DNA of 37,513 nucleotides from Isosphaeraceae bacterium (GCA_043738665.1 JAYUFP010000536.1:1-37513), one strand, 5' to 3'; shown: positions 27,872 to 36,955, counted from the stretch's first letter. The notes: generated by a model from the letters alone, not told the origin. Numbers and translations: made by a program.

Positions 27872-28141
27872 ATGCCCGCCACGCTGAAAACCTATGCGTT
27901 CTCCGTCGTCCTGGCGGGCGTCGATGAGTTGTCGAAAAAGATCGCCGACGCCGTCTTTGAGGCCGGTTGCGACGACGCGGGCGTCGGGAGTTGCGAAGGG
28001 GTGGTGACCGTCGATTTCGACCGCGAGGCGGATTCCCCGGGTGATGCGATCGGGTCCGCCGTCAACGACCTGGCAAACGCCGGGTTCGCCGTGGCCAGGG
28101 TCGTCGTGGAAGCCCGGGCAGAGGGACGACCGCGCCGTTGA
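27872..28141 (+). CDS. small acidic hypothetical protein (89 aa)
   Basis: MPATLKTYAFSVVLAGVDELSKKIADAVFEAGCDDAGVGSCEGVVTVDFDREADSPGDAIGSAVNDL. Host-like GC. From memory it resembles a recurrent uncharacterised small-protein family. Confidence 0.6.
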   Translation: MPATLKTYAFSVVLAGVDELSKKIADAVFEAGCDDAGVGSCEGVVTVDFDREADSPGDAIGSAVNDLANAGFAVARVVVEARAEGRPRR

Positions 28142-28525
28142 GCCGGACAAGGCCAGTTCAGTCCGGACGGGAAAACGCACGACGGCGTCGGGAGTTTCGG
28201 AATTTTTGTTCAAGTTCGCGAGGTTTTTACGCCCTTATGGGTCGTTTTCGGCGGCGCCGGGCAAAGTCCTTCGGCGATCGGAACGGCGACTGCGTGAAGG
28301 GACAGTGAGACCTTGATCGGTGTCAGTGTCCGTCAGTCAGGCGAAAGTCCGTACGGCGTGAACTCTTGGTGAGGCACTCCTCCCCGCGTCGGGCCGGTCC
28401 CGCCGCACCCGAGGTTCCAGTGCGTGTCGGTGTGGCCTCGCCCCCCGGCGTCGGTTCGGTTCAATTCGATTCGTGACAGGACGCCCCGACCGCACCACGG
28501 TCCGGTGATCGGTATTTGGGAACGA

Positions 28526-31500
28526 ATGATGGGGATCGCCCAGAAGATATCCAGGGATTTCAGCGACGCGGTCCGCTCTCGCGGGCAGTCGTACTTCGCC
28601 AAGGGGCGCGTGGTCATCACGGGCGCGACCGCCGGTGAGGTCGCGGCGCGGGTGCGGGGGACGGCCAAGTACCGCGTCCGCCTCCGGCTCCGCAACGGCA
28701 GGCTCCACATCGCCTGCAGTTGCCCCTATTTCACGCCCACCGGCGACCCCTGCAAACACGTCTGGGCCACCGTGCTGATGGCCGACGCGAGGGGACTCAT
28801 CCAGCCTTCGCCGGTCCGCCCCTTGAAACTCGTCAGCGACGTCCCCAGGCACCCCCAGGGCACCCCGGAAAACGGCCCGGCAGGCCCGCAAAACTACGCC
28901 GGGGGTCCCGGACAGCAGGGACAAAGGCCAGGCCCGGGTCCGCAAGGGCAAGGCTACGGCCAGAGGCAACAACAACCCGGCGGCCCCGGCCCGCACGGTC
29001 CCGGCCGACAAGGACCCGGTCAGAACGGCCCGGGGCGGCAAGGTGCCGGTCCCAACGGACCCGGAAGACCAGGCACCGGCCAGAACGGCCCGGGGGGGCG
29101 GCAGGTTCCCGGCCCGCACGGCCCGGGCCGGCAAAGCCCCGGTCATGGTCCCGGTCCCGGTCCCGGACCCGGTCCGAACGGACCCGGTCAGCCTCAGTTG
29201 CGTGGAAAGAAAGATCGTCGAGGGCGAGTGGTTCCCGGTACGCAAGGTCCCGGCCCCGGTACGGGTTACGGTCCCGGCCCCGGCTCGGGTTACGGCCCCG
29301 GCCCGGGTTCGAATTACGGTCCCGGCCCCGGTCAACCCTGGGTCGCCGGTCGCGAGCGTGGTGACAGGACCCGTGAAAAGGTCGACGCCAAGGCGCGTGC
29401 CAAGGTCGTCAACCGCGGGGCCAAGCGGCTGCTCGTCTTCGTGATCGACGTCCCTTCGACCCTCGCTCAGAGCCAGGTGGTCGTCGACCTCTATCGTCGC
29501 CAGCGCCGTCCCGGCGGCGACTGGGGTCCGCTAAAACCCTGGTGGCACTCGCCGGACTCCGCACAGGCCAAGTACGACCCCGACGACCGCGACTTGCTCG
29601 TCCTGCTCGAAGACGCGCAGACCCCCTCCGCGGCGGCGGCGGCGGCGGCCTCGTCGTCACCTTTGGCGGCGGCCAAGGCGCTCCTGAACGGCACGAATCC
29701 GCCGCCGGGAACGGGCGACTCGGTCGGCACCAGGCGCTACGTCCTCAAGCCCGACCGGATCGACGTCGTCGAGGCCCTCGCCAAGAGCGGCAGACTCCGC
29801 CTGAAACGCACCGAGGGCGAAGACGACCCCCCGACCATGCGCTGGGACGACGGCCCGACCTGGCGGTTCGGACTCGACGTCAAACCCGAACTCGGCGGCA
29901 AACGCTGGTCGTGGCGCGGGGCCTTGCGTCGCGGAGAGCCCAAACCCGACCGCATGGACCTCGCCGAACCCCTGGTGCTCGTCCCCGGACTGTTAATCCT
30001 CGGGGTCGGCCGCGCCGCGCGATTCGACGACGTCGGCGTCATGACATGGATCATCAGACTCCGCCACGAAAAGGAAATCGTCTTCGCCGAGCCCCAGCAG
30101 GACATCATGCTCGGCAGGATTCTCGGCGAGGCCAAGATCAGCGCGACCGAACTGATCGACACGATCCAGTTCGAGGAGATCGACACCAAACCCCGCCCCT
30201 GCCTGACGATCCGCGCCCCCCGGCAGAACTGGGGGGCCGCGGCCGACAAGCTCCTCGCCGAACTCGAATTCGACTACGACGGCGCGGTCATCCCGGCGGG
30301 ACGCACGACCCCCATGGCGGTCTCCACCGAGCACGGCCTGTCGATCCGCCGCGACACCGCCACCGAACATGCCGCCGACATTCTTTTATTCGAGATGGGC
30401 TTCCGTGAGTCGAAAGACCCCCGCGTCGAACCGGGGACCATGGAGATCGCCGCCAAGCGTGCCGCGCAGGTCTCTCGGGACCTCGCCGCGGTGGGCTGGC
30501 GGGTCGAAGCCGAAGGGAAGCTGATCCGCCCCGCGGGCGAGTTCAAGCTCTCGGTCACCACGGGGATCGACTGGTTCGAGCTCGACGGTCATGTCGATTA
30601 CGGCGGGGCCACGATCCCCCTGCCCGAACTCCTCGCCGCGGCGCGCCGGGGGGAGACCTCGGTCACCCTCAGCGACGGCTCCGTGGGCGTGCTTCCTGAG
30701 GAGTGGATCAAGAAATACGGCCTGCTCGTCGACCTCGGCACCGAGGAAGACGGTCACTACCGCTTCGGCACGTCGCAGGCCGGGGTGCTCGACGCCCTGG
30801 TCGCCGCGCAGCCGGACATCCGCGTCGACGAGGCGTTCGAAAAGATCCGCCAGAGCCTGACGAAATTCGAAGGGATCGTTCCGCTCGACGCCCCCTCGGG
30901 GTTCCACGGCGAACTCCGCCCGTATCAGTGCGAAGGCCTGGGCTGGCTCGATTACCTCGTCCGGTTCGGCTTCGGGGGAATCCTCGCCGACGACATGGGC
31001 CTGGGCAAGACCGTGCAGGTGCTGGCGTTCCTTCAAAGACGAAGGACCCGCAGGCAGGCGAAAGGGCCGACGCTGGCGGTGGTGCCGCGCTCGCTCGTGT
31101 TCAACTGGATCCAGGAGGCCGCGAAGTTCACGCCGAGGCTCCGGGTTCTCGACTACACCGGCCCCAACCGGCACCCGCTCCGCGAGGAGTTCCGCGACTA
31201 CGACCTGATCGTGACCACTTATGGAACCCTCCGCACCGACATCGCCGAGCTGACCGGGATCGAGTTCGACTACATCCTGCTCGACGAGGCCCAGGCGATC
31301 AAGAACGCCGAGAGCCAGGCCGCCAAGGCCGCAAGGCTCCTGCGAGGCAAGCACCGGCTGGCGATGAGCGGAACGCCGATCGAGAACCACCTGGGAGAAC
31401 TCTGGTCGATCTTCGAATTCTTAAACCCCGGGATGCTCGGGACCAACCCCGTCTTCAAACGGCACACGACGGGCGCGGGAGCCCTGGATGACACCGACCG

Positions 31501-32290
31501 CCAGATCCTGGCCAGGTCGCTCAAGCCGTTCATCCTCCGAAGGACCAAGGCCCAGGTGGTTCAGGATTTGCCCGAAAAGACCGAGCAAACCCTCCACTGC
31601 GACATGGAGCCCGCCCAGCGGAAGATTTACGAGGAGTTGCGGACCCACTACCGCACGGCCCTCTTGAGGAAAGAAACCGCCGAGCTGAACCGTTCGAAGA
31701 TCGAGGTGCTGGAAGCCCTCCTCCGGCTCCGCCAGGCGGCGTGCCACCCCGGCCTGATCGACCCGACCCTCACTTCCGAGCCCAGCGCCAAGCTCGACAT
31801 GCTCTTGCCGCAGATCGCCGAAGTGGTGGAGGAAGGGCACAAGATCCTTGTTTTCTCGCAGTTCACGAGCTTCCTGGCGATCGTCAAGGAACGCCTCGAC
31901 AAGGAAGGCCTGGTCTACGAATACCTCGACGGCCGCACGAGAAACCGCGAGGAGCGCGTGAACCGGTTCCAGAACGACCCGACCGTGAAGATCTTCCTGA
32001 TCAGCCTGAAAGCGGGCGGTTTAGGTTTGAATCTCACCGCGGCCGAATATGTCTATTTATTAGATCCCTGGTGGAACCCCGCCGTCGAAGCCCAGGCCAT
32101 CGACCGTTCGCACCGGATCGGCCAGACCCAGAGGGTTTTCGCGTACCGATTGATTTGTCGAGACACGGTCGAGGAAAAGATCCTCGAACTCCAGCAAAAG
32201 AAGCGCGACCTCGCCGACGCGATTTTGAACGCGGACAACCGGGTGATCTCGAATCTGTCGCGGGAGGATCTGGAGTTCTTGCTGTCGTGA
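28526..32290 (+). CDS. SWIM zinc-finger + SNF2-family helicase/translocase (about 1254 aa)
   Basis: SWIM CSCPYFTPTGDPCKHVWA; SNF2 motifs LRPYQCEGLGWL, LADDMGLGKTVQ, LDEAQAIKN, SGTPIENHL; C-terminal helicase motifs FLISLKAGGLGLNLTAA and WWNPAVEAQAIDRSHRIGQ. Start taken at ATGATG 28526. Confidence 0.93.
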   Translation: MMGIAQKISRDFSDAVRSRGQSYFAKGRVVITGATAGEVAARVRGTAKYRVRLRLRNGRLHIACSCPYFTPTGDPCKHVWATVLMADARGLIQPSPVRPLKLVSDVPRHPQGTPENGPAGPQNYAGGPGQQGQRPGPGPQGQGYGQRQQQPGGPGPHGPGRQGPGQNGPGRQGAGPNGPGRPGTGQNGPGGRQVPGPHGPGRQSPGHGPGPGPGPGPNGPGQPQLRGKKDRRGRVVPGTQGPGPGTGYGPGPGSGYGPGPGSNYGPGPGQPWVAGRERGDRTREKVDAKARAKVVNRGAKRLLVFVIDVPSTLAQSQVVVDLYRRQRRPGGDWGPLKPWWHSPDSAQAKYDPDDRDLLVLLEDAQTPSAAAAAAASSSPLAAAKALLNGTNPPPGTGDSVGTRRYVLKPDRIDVVEALAKSGRLRLKRTEGEDDPPTMRWDDGPTWRFGLDVKPELGGKRWSWRGALRRGEPKPDRMDLAEPLVLVPGLLILGVGRAARFDDVGVMTWIIRLRHEKEIVFAEPQQDIMLGRILGEAKISATELIDTIQFEEIDTKPRPCLTIRAPRQNWGAAADKLLAELEFDYDGAVIPAGRTTPMAVSTEHGLSIRRDTATEHAADILLFEMGFRESKDPRVEPGTMEIAAKRAAQVSRDLAAVGWRVEAEGKLIRPAGEFKLSVTTGIDWFELDGHVDYGGATIPLPELLAAARRGETSVTLSDGSVGVLPEEWIKKYGLLVDLGTEEDGHYRFGTSQAGVLDALVAAQPDIRVDEAFEKIRQSLTKFEGIVPLDAPSGFHGELRPYQCEGLGWLDYLVRFGFGGILADDMGLGKTVQVLAFLQRRRTRRQAKGPTLAVVPRSLVFNWIQEAAKFTPRLRVLDYTGPNRHPLREEFRDYDLIVTTYGTLRTDIAELTGIEFDYILLDEAQAIKNAESQAAKAARLLRGKHRLAMSGTPIENHLGELWSIFEFLNPGMLGTNPVFKRHTTGAGALDDTDRQILARSLKPFILRRTKAQVVQDLPEKTEQTLHCDMEPAQRKIYEELRTHYRTALLRKETAELNRSKIEVLEALLRLRQAACHPGLIDPTLTSEPSAKLDMLLPQIAEVVEEGHKILVFSQFTSFLAIVKERLDKEGLVYEYLDGRTRNREERVNRFQNDPTVKIFLISLKAGGLGLNLTAAEYVYLLDPWWNPAVEAQAIDRSHRIGQTQRVFAYRLICRDTVEEKILELQQKKRDLADAILNADNRVISNLSREDLEFLLS
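28855..29335 (+). repeat. Gly/Pro/Gln-rich low-complexity coding insert inside the SNF2 gene
   Basis: Translation GPQNYAGGPGQQGQRPGPGPQGQGYGQRQQQPGGPGPHGPGRQGPGQNGPGRQGAGPNGPGRPG...GPGPGTGYGPGPGSGYGPGPGSNYGPGPGQ, with degenerate DNA tandem repeats. Confidence 0.9.
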
Positions 32291-32315
32291 CCGAGACAAC
32301 AGAATTCATCCGCAG

Positions 32316-33764
32316 ATGTCGCAGATTGACGCCGATGAAAATGAGAAGATATTGATCATGAGTGAATTTCGCAAAGCCACGAAACTGAGCGAAGTCGCGG
32401 CGGTGATCGATCTGGAACCGCTAGGCCTGAAGGATAAGCGATACGAGAACCTTGCCGCCGGCCGTGGCGGGTCAAATGAACTCGCGGAGTTACGCGAGTG
32501 TCTCAAGAACTACGACGCCTCGGACAACAGATTCGCCAAGATCGCCTTCACGGGGCATCGCGGTAGCGGCAAGACCACCGAGCTCTATCGTCTCGAAGAC
32601 GACGTTTCCGACCGCTTCACGACCGTTCACTTTACTGCCGACGAGGCCCTGCTCGGCGAATATGATTACACCGACCTGTTCCTCTGGCTGGTTGACGAGA
32701 TCGTCCGAAAATTCGAGGCCGACGGGATGCCTCTCGACCGCCAACTCGCCGAGCAGGTCGCCCGTTGGTTCGATGCCGTGACCATGAAGCAGACGGACAA
32801 GGTGACTTCGGAAATCAAGCTGGAGACCGAGGCAAGCGCCGGCGTCAAGACGGGGCTATTCGGATTGAGTTTGGGGATTTTCGCCAAGCTGAAATCGATG
32901 ATGAAGGGGAGCACCGAGCGCCGGAAAGAGATCCGTCGGGATCTTCAAAACAAGTCGTCCGAGCTGATCGCGGGCGTCAATTTGTTACTCGACAACGCCC
33001 ACAAGGTTCTCGCCGAGAACAATAAGCCGGCCAACTTGTTGATCGTGATCGACAACCTCGACCGCCTTACGCCGGAGGTTAGCGGCCCGCTGTTCTTCGA
33101 AAACGGTGAATTCCTCAAGCAACCCCGGGCCCATCTGATCTACACCGTGCCGGTCGCCACGGCGCTCGACCCGTCGATGAACATCGACATGGTCTTCGAC
33201 CGGACGTTCACCCTCTCGATCGTCAAAGTCCGTGACCCTGCGGGCCGGCTTTTCAAGAAAGGGCTCGACGCGCTGGTGGAGACCGTTGCCAAGCGGGTCG
33301 AGATCGACGCGGTGTTTGCAAAGCGAGACGTCGTCCGGAAGCTCGCGGAGATGTCGGGAGGCAGTGTTCGCGACCTCATGAGGCTCATCGGCAACGCTCA
33401 GCTCAGCGCCGCCGCCGACGGAAAAACCAAGATCGACGCCGCCTCGGTCAAACGTGCGGTCCTGAAGATTCGCCTCAGCTTCGAGCGTCTCCTGATCCCG
33501 GGCCAGGTCTATTATCCCCTGCTCGCTCAGATCCACGATTCCAAGCGAGATCGCTCCGACGGCCTTTTAGCCGCCGACCCCGAAAAAGTCGAGACATATC
33601 GCAACTTCTTCAATCATCTCCTCTTCAACGGCTCGGTCCTCGAATACAACGGCGACCGGATGTGGTACGATGTCCACCCGGTGATTCAGGAAATCGAGGC
33701 GTTCAAGAAGGCCTTGAAGGATGTCCAAAGCACCGCGCGAGACAAAGCCTCGGGCACGGGGTAA
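32316..33764 (+). CDS. KAP/STAND-like P-loop NTPase (482 aa)
   Basis: Walker A FTGHRGSGKTTEL. A KAP-style Walker B LLIVIDNLDRLTPE lies about 170 aa later. The insert contains the hydrophobic stretch GVKTGLFGLSLGIFAKL. There is a sensor/lid-like MSGGSVRDLMRLIGNA and a C-terminal winged-helix-like region. Confidence 0.85.
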   Translation: MSQIDADENEKILIMSEFRKATKLSEVAAVIDLEPLGLKDKRYENLAAGRGGSNELAELRECLKNYDASDNRFAKIAFTGHRGSGKTTELYRLEDDVSDRFTTVHFTADEALLGEYDYTDLFLWLVDEIVRKFEADGMPLDRQLAEQVARWFDAVTMKQTDKVTSEIKLETEASAGVKTGLFGLSLGIFAKLKSMMKGSTERRKEIRRDLQNKSSELIAGVNLLLDNAHKVLAENNKPANLLIVIDNLDRLTPEVSGPLFFENGEFLKQPRAHLIYTVPVATALDPSMNIDMVFDRTFTLSIVKVRDPAGRLFKKGLDALVETVAKRVEIDAVFAKRDVVRKLAEMSGGSVRDLMRLIGNAQLSAAADGKTKIDAASVKRAVLKIRLSFERLLIPGQVYYPLLAQIHDSKRDRSDGLLAADPEKVETYRNFFNHLLFNGSVLEYNGDRMWYDVHPVIQEIEAFKKALKDVQSTARDKASGTG

Positions 33765-35190
33765 AAAGGCCGAGAACGAGCGCGAACTCCGCGAACTCGC
33801 GCTCTTCCTCGAAGAGGCCCCCGGCTTCCGTCTCGGCCTGGCCTGCATCGACAATGTCCAGACCCGCCAGACCCAGCTCGAACGCCTCGAAGAGATCATC
33901 GCCTCCCGACCGGTCTTTCTGACCCGGCTCGACCTCGGGAAATTTCGAGACGAAGAGCAGATCCTCCAGAGGCTCCGAGACCACCTCCGCGACAATCCCG
34001 CCCCCGAAGGCAAGACCGCCGCCGTGATGATTATTGGGCTTGAAGCCCATCTCGATTACCGAGACCTCGGCGAAGGAAAAGTTCCCCCGCAACCGATCCT
34101 CCGAAACGCCAACATCCAGCGCGACGCCTACTCCCGCCTCTGCCTTGTTCCCATCGTGCTCTGGCTCTTGCCTTCGGCCGAAACGCTCTTCGCAAAGGAA
34201 GCCCCGGATTTCTGGCACTGGCGGGCGGGAACGTTTCGGTTCATGGCGCCTGCGGGACAGCGAAAGAAATGGGAGGACAATCAGATCGAGATGCCGATTT
34301 TCCAATCCCGGAATCTTTTGGTCTCTGATAAGTCCGATCGGATCTCGCTTCTGAACGATTTGCTTTTTGAACTGGAAAATGCGACCGACCGAGAAACCCG
34401 AGGGAATAAAGCCCGACGGGCCGCCCTCTTGCTGCAACTTGGGAGAGCTTACTTGTTGATGTCTAAAGAAGATGTCGGACTAGACTACTCTCGGAGGGCG
34501 GTTGAACTCTATGTTGAGATCAGCGATCGTCAAGGAGAGGGGATGGCGCTTTGCGATCTTGGTACCTCTTGTGCTCAGCTTAATATGTTTGAGGATGCTT
34601 TAGGATATTTCGAGAAGAGTTTAGCCATCACACGCGAGATCGGAGACCGTGAGGGTGAAGGAACGCTACTTGGCTGTCTAGGCTTTGCCTATGCCGGCAT
34701 GGGGTTAAGAGAAAGAGCTATCGAATACGACGAACAGAGTTTGGCGATTGCGCGTAAAGTGAAGAATCGTGAAGGAGAAGGAACAATATTGGGTCAGTTA
34801 GCTTCTATATACGCTCACAACAAGGAATTTGAAAAGGCGATTCTCCATCAAGAAGAGAGCTTAGCGATCGCCCGTGAAATCGGCAACCGCCGAAGTGAGG
34901 GATCAATCCTCGGAAATATCGGAGCGACTTATGCCAGAATGGGTCAGATAGAGAAGGCGATCGGTTGCCATGAGTTGAGTTTGGCGATCGCCCGTGAAAT
35001 GGGCGACCGTCGTAGCGAAGGCACTGAACTGAGCAATCTGGCCTACACGTACGCCCGCATGGACCAAAAAGCGAAGGCGATTGAATTCCTCAAAGAAGCA
35101 CTTCGAATTGGGCAACAAATTAATGATTCACTAATTATTAATATCGCTATCAAAGGAATCCGTTTTTTGCACTTAGAGTTAAAAACGTAA
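33721..35190 (+). CDS. TPR-repeat protein with a P-loop-less STAND-like N-terminal domain (489 aa)
   Basis: The start overlaps the upstream gene by 44 nt (AAGAAGG about 8 nt upstream). The N-domain GFRLGLACIDNVQTRQTQLERLEE...AAVMIIGLEA...NIQRDAYSRLCLVPIVLWLLPSAETLFAKEAPDFWHWRAGTFRF has no GK[ST]. The C-terminus has six 40-aa TPR units (SLAIAREIGDRRSEG...). Confidence 0.85.
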   Translation: MSKAPRETKPRARGKKAENERELRELALFLEEAPGFRLGLACIDNVQTRQTQLERLEEIIASRPVFLTRLDLGKFRDEEQILQRLRDHLRDNPAPEGKTAAVMIIGLEAHLDYRDLGEGKVPPQPILRNANIQRDAYSRLCLVPIVLWLLPSAETLFAKEAPDFWHWRAGTFRFMAPAGQRKKWEDNQIEMPIFQSRNLLVSDKSDRISLLNDLLFELENATDRETRGNKARRAALLLQLGRAYLLMSKEDVGLDYSRRAVELYVEISDRQGEGMALCDLGTSCAQLNMFEDALGYFEKSLAITREIGDREGEGTLLGCLGFAYAGMGLRERAIEYDEQSLAIARKVKNREGEGTILGQLASIYAHNKEFEKAILHQEESLAIAREIGNRRSEGSILGNIGATYARMGQIEKAIGCHELSLAIAREMGDRRSEGTELSNLAYTYARMDQKAKAIEFLKEALRIGQQINDSLIINIAIKGIRFLHLELKT

Positions 35191-35215
35191 TTATTCAAAT
35201 TTATATAAACTTGTT

Positions 35216-35977
35216 ATGATCCATCGAATTCCTTTGGAGGGCTTCGCGACGAACACCGTCACTTCGCCCCGGGAAGAAGTCTCCAAGCCGTCGGCCGCGA
35301 CACCTGCCACGCCTCCACTGGTCGAAGGCCAACATCTCGATCAGCCGACGTTTCACGCCCGTTATGAGGCGATGCCGCCCGGATTTCGCGCGGAATTGAT
35401 TGGCGGTGTGGTTTCGTTCCCGGGTCGTGTCGGGTATGAGCACGGGGAATCGTCGGCGTGTCTTGGGTGCTGGCTGGCCTATTTCCAGGAATTCACGCGC
35501 GGCGTCGATGTGTTGAGCCATGTCACGGTCATTCTCGACGGACGGAACGAGCCTCAGCCCGATATGACGCTTCGGATCCTTCCGGAATGCGGGGGACGGA
35601 CTCGGGATGAGGACGGGTACGTCGTGGGCGTTCCCGAGATGGTCGCCGAGGTTTCCAAATCGTCGAGGTTCATCGACCTCGGCCCGAAGCTCGCCGAATA
35701 CGAGCGGGCGGGGGTTTTGGAGTACCTGGTGCGAGCGTTCGACCCCGACGAGGTCCTCTGGCATGTCCTGCAAGAAGGCCGGCTTGCGGCGGTGCCGCCC
35801 GACGAAGACGGACTGTACCATTCCCGAGTTTTCCCCGGCCTCTGGCTCGACCCGCAGGCCCTTCTCGCCCTCGACACCAGGCGCTTGCGGGAGGTGATCG
35901 ACCTCGGGGCGAAATCCCCCGAACACGCCGCGTTCGTCGCCAAGCTCGCCTCGGCCCGGGAGAAGCCGGCGGGTTGA
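35216..35977 (+). CDS. Uma2 (DUF820) family endonuclease-fold protein, third paralogue
   Basis: FHARYEAMPPGFRAELIGGVV...EPQPDMTLRI...VPEMVAEVSKSSRFIDLGPKLAEYERAGVLEYLV. Confidence 0.8.
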   Translation: MIHRIPLEGFATNTVTSPREEVSKPSAATPATPPLVEGQHLDQPTFHARYEAMPPGFRAELIGGVVSFPGRVGYEHGESSACLGCWLAYFQEFTRGVDVLSHVTVILDGRNEPQPDMTLRILPECGGRTRDEDGYVVGVPEMVAEVSKSSRFIDLGPKLAEYERAGVLEYLVRAFDPDEVLWHVLQEGRLAAVPPDEDGLYHSRVFPGLWLDPQALLALDTRRLREVIDLGAKSPEHAAFVAKLASAREKPAG

Positions 35978-36082
35978 TGGGGTGTTGACGGGGACTTCGG
36001 GAGCCATTCTGATACGACCGTCAGCCGTGACTCGTGGGGCGTCGGCCGCGATCGCTTTCGGTGTCCACTCCTCAGATGAAGG

Positions 36083-36955
36083 ATGAATTCCATGAAACAT
36101 CTTTCCCCTTTCCTCGTCACGCTCGCCCTTGCGTCCCAGGCGCAGGCTCAGGTCGTCAAACGCGACATCCCTTACGGCGACCCGACGGTCGAGCGCCATG
36201 TGCTCGACGTTTATTCTCCGCGTGACGCGAAAGACCTGCCCGTGGTCTTCTGGATTCACGGCGGCGGCTGGCAGACGGGCGACAAGTCGGACGTCCAGAT
36301 CAAGCCTCGCGTGTTCAATGAGAAAGGGTTCGTTTTCGTCTCCACGAATTACCGGCTCCTGCCGCGCGTCGACATGGGGACCATCGTCCGCGACGTCGCC
36401 AAGTCCGTCCGCTGGGTCCACGACCATATCGCCGAGTATGGGGGTGACCCGAAGCGTATTTTCGTGATGGGCCATTCCGCAGGCGCGCAACTCGCCGCGC
36501 TGATCTGCACCGACGACCGCTATTTGAAGGCTGAGGGCCTGTCGCTGGCGATCATCAAAGGATGCGTTCCCGTCGATGGAGACACGTACGACGTGCCGGC
36601 GATCATCGAGACGGCCGAGACCCGCCGTCGGGCGCACGGTCAGCCGCAAGCGAAGGTCGGTCACCGCGAAAAGTTCGGCAACGACCCGGCGAAGCACCGG
36701 GACTTCTCCACCGTGACGCATGTGGCCAAGGACAAAGGCATTCCCCCGTTCTTCATCCTCCACGTCGCCGGGCACCCCGACACGAGCGCACAGGCCGAGC
36801 GGCTCGCGAGCGTGCTGAAGAGCGCGGGCGTCTCCGCCAAGGTGTTCGGCGCCCGGGAATCCCACCACAACAAGGTCAACGCGGATATCGGCCTGCCCGA
36901 CGATCCGGCTACAAAGGCGCTGTTCGCGTTCATCGACGAGGCTTTGAAGAAGTGA
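36083..36955 (+). CDS. secreted alpha/beta-hydrolase (carboxylesterase/lipase-like)
   Basis: Signal peptide [23 protein letters not shown], oxyanion HGGG ([14 protein letters not shown]), nucleophile elbow GHSAG. Confidence 0.88.
   Translation: MNSMKHLSPFLVTLALASQAQAQVVKRDIPYGDPTVERHVLDVYSPRDAKDLPVVFWIHGGGWQTGDKSDVQIKPRVFNEKGFVFVSTNYRLLPRVDMGTIVRDVAKSVRWVHDHIAEYGGDPKRIFVMGHSAGAQLAALICTDDRYLKAEGLSLAIIKGCVPVDGDTYDVPAIIETAETRRRAHGQPQAKVGHREKFGNDPAKHRDFSTVTHVAKDKGIPPFFILHVAGHPDTSAQAERLASVLKSAGVSAKVFGARESHHNKVNADIGLPDDPATKALFAFIDEALKK

Noticed and set aside
25733-27900. Searched for mobile-element hallmarks around the low-GC ATPase/Toprim insert (integrase, transposase, tRNA target, flanking direct repeats)
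   Set aside because: I recognised none by eye. The horizontal-transfer inference therefore rests on composition only, and I do not call a mobile element.
28142-28525. The 385-nt leader upstream of the SNF2 gene, containing ggcgaaagtccgtacgg, considered as RNase P RNA, a riboswitch or a tRNA-like element
   Set aside because: It lacks the conserved RNase P P4 strings (GAGGAAAGUCCGGGC / ACAGAACCCGGCUUA), and I saw no cloverleaf or known riboswitch core. I leave it as an unexplained leader.
35201-36868. Minus-strand ORF of 555 aa
   Set aside because: It spans and opposes two independent, motif-supported plus-strand genes (Uma2 and the alpha/beta-hydrolase with HGGG and GHSAG). Its translation is Arg/Asp/Gly-rich with no motifs.
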